From Methanomicrobiales archaeon (GTDB lineage Archaea > Halobacteriota > Methanomicrobia > Methanomicrobiales > Methanospirillaceae): DNA of 10,479 bases. The notes beneath the pieces were generated by a model. That model ran no database searches. It saw only the letters and a list, made by a program, of their open reading frames with translations, and had not been told where the DNA came from. The stretch is taken from positions 1 through 10,479 of the forward strand of contig JBAXJR010000064.1 in NCBI GenBank assembly GCA_037137755.1, read 5' to 3'. Each line of letters begins with the position of its first letter. Positions within the stretch are counted from its first letter, which is position 1. The translations under genes and the position numbers were made by a program. This document shows positions 6,992 through 10,479 of the stretch, in pieces.

Positions 6992-9172
6992 TCATTTTTT
7001 CCGTCGTCCACCTTTACGGCCTCCTGTTTTCGGGCCCCCTGAACCCGGCCACCCGGCGGGGCCTGCTTTGCCTTTTTTCTCTTTCTCACCAGGACCCTTC
7101 ATATGGCCATGCTCTTTCTGTCCTTTCCCACCGCTGCTTTTGGTTTCTTTGAACCGTTCATCACGGGTCTCGCGGCATTCAAGCTCGGAAACGATCTCGA
7201 TCGGGTCGTTGACCCGTGTTACGAGGTAACGGATCTCGAGGAGCCGTTCCATACCGATAAAGTGCTCGGCCATCACTCTCGCGAGGTCGGATAGGATGAT
7301 TTTTCCACCTTCCTGCGTGACGAGTTTGTGACCGATCATCTCGTCAAGGACCGGTTCAACCGACCCGACCATGGACTCGGTGATCTGGTGAAGGGCATGG
7401 AGATCTCCCCTGCACACCACCGCATTCGCCACCAGCTCCTCGGAGCTCTGTTCCATGTCATGGACCGGTGCGACTTCTTCCATCTCCCCCTTGAGGAGCA
7501 TGAGCGCCATCTCCTCCTCGGGGATCCTGCTCTCCCTCGAGTAAGTCGCACCGGGTTCTGCAAGTACCACGACCTTCCCGAGGTCATGGAAATCAGGCCG
7601 GCCTGCACGACCAGCCATCTGGTTGAACTCCCCTACCGACAGCCAGCTGATACCCATGGCAAGTGCATCGAATATCACCTGGGACGCAGGGAAATCAACC
7701 CCTGCACCGAGAGCCGCCGTTGTTACAACGCCGACCAGTTTCCCGTCCGTGAACTTTTTCTCCACATCACGCCGCTCCTGCGAAGTAAGGCCGGCATGGT
7801 ACGGGGCATACCGGGGGCCGAGCGATTCCGCAATCATGTGACAACGGGCCCTTGAATTCGAAAAGATGATTGTCTGGCCCTTGTACCCTTTCGAGGATTT
7901 ATGGGTATATTCCTCTTCAGCAAGTTGCTTGATCGCAGGGATCTTCTCTTTTTTCGCCGTGAACATCAGGTAGCGTTCAAGCGCCACCGGGCGTTCGTCG
8001 TACCTGACCAGCGTGGCCCCGAGTTTTTTGGCGAGTAACTTCGGGGTACCGATTGTTGCACTCAGGTATAGGAACTGAGCCTTTGGTGCAAGGTATTTCA
8101 GGCGGGCGATCATCCCGTCGAGCCGGTGCCCCCGTTCAGGGTCTTCGAGCATCTGGACTTCGTCGATCACCACGGTGCCAATCTTTCCGATGCTGCCGCC
8201 GCAGCGGACCATGTGGTCAAGCCCCTCGTAGGTGGCGACAAGGAGCGGGGAATGGGTGTTCCGGTCCCCGATCGGCCGGTTATCGGGAAGGTTCAACCTG
8301 CTCTTCCCGATCAGGATACCGGAGCCGAGGATTTTCCCGTACCGCTCATCAAACCGCTGGTACTTCTGGACGGCGAGCGCGACAAGCGGGACAAGAAACA
8401 GGCACTGGCCCCTTCCTTCGAGGTAATTTTTCACGCCGGCCATCTCGCCGATGAACGTCTTCCCGCTTGCCGTGGCCGCAACAACGAGAAGGTCTTTTCC
8501 AAACAGGAGCCCAGCATCGACCGCCAACTGCTGGGCAGGCATCAGCTTGTCAACCATGGCAAGGTCCACGAATTTCCGTGGCAGTGCGAGTTCCTCAAGG
8601 GACTGGGTATTGGTTACCGGGTGGGCTTCGAGCCGGTCAAACAGGGTCTGCCCGATCTTGACATTCTCCGGCTGTATACTGGAAAGAACCCGGTCGATAT
8701 CGCGGTATTTTTTTAGGAGTTCCTCCATGTGCCCGAGAGCACCGCGGCCGACGTGGCCCATGTGGGCAACTTCCCGGCGCAGCTCCCGCCTTGCACAGTC
8801 ATAGCATATCTGTTCGCTCGATGGCCCGTATCTGACCGACGTCCCGGGGTCAAGCCTGGTAATCCGGTCTTCGATGAGGCACATCCTGCAGACATCGGTA
8901 TAGGAAAAGGCGACCTGGAAATCGTTGAGGAACGATTCGAACAGCGGGTCAGGCCGGGTAAGTTTCACGCGTGACTGCCGGAAAGAAAGGAGCAGCTCCT
9001 TTGTCGGGATGTTGCGGTAGACCTTCTTTGTCCCCCACCTCAACCGGTAATGATCGGGGCGGACACCCTTCGGTGAATCGCTGATATCGACAATCCCGAC
9101 GCCCCGTATATGCGACTCATCATAAAACAGGATACGATAACTCCCTTTTACGGGCTGGACGAGGACATTCAT
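6992..9172 (-). CDS. SF2 Ski2-like helicase, archaeal ASH-Ski2 type
   Basis: 726 aa. Q motif (LMPAQ), Walker A ATASGKT, Ia VPLVALA, Ib ATYEGLD, II DEVQ, III SAT, IV FSNSR, YHAGL, V TTAALGAGVDFPA, VI QMAGRAGRP. A ~200-aa N-terminal extension contains CRMC-x24-CYDC (C95, C98, C123, C126), the four-Cys feature described for ASH-Ski2. Confidence 0.9.
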   Translation of the reverse strand: MNVLVQPVKGSYRILFYDESHIRGVGIVDISDSPKGVRPDHYRLRWGTKKVYRNIPTKELLLSFRQSRVKLTRPDPLFESFLNDFQVAFSYTDVCRMCLIEDRITRLDPGTSVRYGPSSEQICYDCARRELRREVAHMGHVGRGALGHMEELLKKYRDIDRVLSSIQPENVKIGQTLFDRLEAHPVTNTQSLEELALPRKFVDLAMVDKLMPAQQLAVDAGLLFGKDLLVVAATASGKTFIGEMAGVKNYLEGRGQCLFLVPLVALAVQKYQRFDERYGKILGSGILIGKSRLNLPDNRPIGDRNTHSPLLVATYEGLDHMVRCGGSIGKIGTVVIDEVQMLEDPERGHRLDGMIARLKYLAPKAQFLYLSATIGTPKLLAKKLGATLVRYDERPVALERYLMFTAKKEKIPAIKQLAEEEYTHKSSKGYKGQTIIFSNSRARCHMIAESLGPRYAPYHAGLTSQERRDVEKKFTDGKLVGVVTTAALGAGVDFPASQVIFDALAMGISWLSVGEFNQMAGRAGRPDFHDLGKVVVLAEPGATYSRESRIPEEEMALMLLKGEMEEVAPVHDMEQSSEELVANAVVCRGDLHALHQITESMVGSVEPVLDEMIGHKLVTQEGGKIILSDLARVMAEHFIGMERLLEIRYLVTRVNDPIEIVSELECRETRDERFKETKSSGGKGQKEHGHMKGPGEKEKKGKAGPAGWPGSGGPKTGGRKGGRRKK

Positions 9173-9978
9173 GGCGCAATCAGGTCGTGGATCACGTAGG
9201 TCAGTTCCACACTCTCAAGCCTCTTCAAAAAGTCGGTAAATTCCTCGTCGACGATAACGATCGCAGATTCAATCCCGTGGAAGGCAGCCTCGATCACGCC
9301 CTCGCGTGCACCGAAGAACATGTCGGGTTTCCGCCCGATCTGCTGGAGCGCGATGTATGCTTCAAGGCCCACCGCGGCGACCATACTGACACGAACCGTC
9401 ACCTCACGCAGGAGTTCCTGTTTCACCTTTCGTGAACCCCCCCGCTGGACCCTTGGTACTTTGCATACATGGATGAGTCCTTCAGTATGGGAGATCAGAC
9501 CATTCAGCCGGGATATCCCGACATCCTCACCCTTCTTCGCGTCCATTACCGCGTTTCCCATCGCGTTCCGGGGTACCTTGCCTGCATAGAGCCAGCCACC
9601 CTCCATGTATACCCCGACAGGATCACCGGTGGTTAAGTCTTCTGCAGCGATTGCGGTCCATACCGAGACCTGCTGGATAATGTCCCGGCGGATATGACGT
9701 GCATAGGACTCGAGTGCCTCCGCATTGTTGAGCACCCATTCGATGCCGTTCCGGGTGACCTCGTAGCGGCCCCGTCCTTTGGCACTCACCATGCCGTCAT
9801 CGATGAGTTCCCGTATATATTCGGATACAGCCTGGGGAGTTACCCCGAGTTCTGTGGCGATCTCCTGCTGCCGGACTGCGGGCTGGTGTTCTGCGATACC
9901 TACCAGTATCTGGAGACGGGTGACTTCGCGTTTGCTTCTTAAAATAATATAGAGGGGGTCTTCCTCATGTCCTTTCAA
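9169..9978 (-). CDS. Winged-HTH transcriptional regulator with C-terminal domain of unknown ligand (COG1497-like)
   Basis: 269 aa. HTH plus wing QQEIATELGVTPQAVSEYIRELIDDGMV...GRGRYEVT. Its stop overlaps the helicase start (ATGA, 9169-9172). The COG assignment is from recall. Confidence 0.82.
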   Translation of the reverse strand: MKGHEEDPLYIILRSKREVTRLQILVGIAEHQPAVRQQEIATELGVTPQAVSEYIRELIDDGMVSAKGRGRYEVTRNGIEWVLNNAEALESYARHIRRDIIQQVSVWTAIAAEDLTTGDPVGVYMEGGWLYAGKVPRNAMGNAVMDAKKGEDVGISRLNGLISHTEGLIHVCKVPRVQRGGSRKVKQELLREVTVRVSMVAAVGLEAYIALQQIGRKPDMFFGAREGVIEAAFHGIESAIVIVDEEFTDFLKRLESVELTYVIHDLIAP

Positions 9979-10474
9979 GCAACACCAGTCCCTGCCCCTT
10001 CACATCGAGACTGGGCATCCGCTTTGCAAGGCCCTTGATGAACACCGGGCTGACGTTGAATTTTCTTGCAATGTCGGCGATAGAACTGTTATTGTTCTTC
10101 AGCTCGTTCTCGACATGCTCGACCATCTCGCGGAGGGACTCATCGTTGGATATGGAGATATAGATGAGATCCGAAAGATCTGAAAAATTGCACTGGAAAT
10201 TTGCCCGGAACTTGCTATAGGTTGCCCTGTACTCCCGTATGGGTTTCTGGCCTGATACGGGCATCCGCCACTGCTCCTCGATGAGGTTCCCCTTTTTCAG
10301 TAGTATAAGACACTGCTCCAGTCCGTCCTCTTTAACCTGCGACTGCAGTTCCTCTTCGGTCATCCACGCTTTATTGAGAAGGTCATAAACCTTCTTGTAT
10401 GAAACATTATGAAACGTGATGAGGAGGGGAACCAGCTCGACTGGATCATTTACAATCCTGATGTGGCCCGACAA
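9965..10474 (-). CDS. Archaeal ArsR-like transcriptional regulator (COG4860-like)
   Basis: 169 aa with IVNDPVELVPLL, WMTEEEL, LLKKGNLIEEQWRMP..GQKP..EY and a second HTH-like segment (SIADIARKFNVSPVFIKGLAKR). TTG start 5 nt from the window edge and the frame stays open, so the true start could lie outside. Overlaps the next gene by 14 nt. Confidence 0.78.
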   Translation of the reverse strand: MSGHIRIVNDPVELVPLLITFHNVSYKKVYDLLNKAWMTEEELQSQVKEDGLEQCLILLKKGNLIEEQWRMPVSGQKPIREYRATYSKFRANFQCNFSDLSDLIYISISNDESLREMVEHVENELKNNNSSIADIARKFNVSPVFIKGLAKRMPSLDVKGQGLVLLERT

Positions 10475-10479
10475 TGTAA

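Noticed and set aside
7103-9942. Multiple + strand ORFs over the helicase and regulator genes
   Set aside because: Antisense shadows with no motifs. The minus-strand genes carry complete family signatures.

Overview
Archaeal core-genome window, most likely from a Methanomicrobiales-type methanogen (inferred from gene content and protein style, not a database result). The + strand carries a 5'-truncated cofactor-independent phosphoglycerate mutase (apgM), a SAM-methyltransferase-like protein and a membrane PH-domain (YdbS-like) protein, then a ~1 kb hairpin-rich gap without a credible ORF, then archaeal RNase J. The - strand carries a three-gene cluster with overlapping genes (ArsR-like regulator, winged-HTH regulator, Ski2-like helicase with an N-terminal Cys4 domain, i.e. 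ASH-Ski2 type), a ~600 bp structured gap, and a NapA-like CPA2 cation/H+ antiporter converging on RNase J. Main points of interest: aRNase J and its known partner helicase ASH-Ski2 are encoded about 2 kb apart, the helicase is downstream of two regulators, and it looks atypical (DEVQ motif, short C-terminus, basic tail). Both long intergenic regions hold candidate structured RNAs or operators. I found no mobile element, CRISPR array, tRNA or rRNA.
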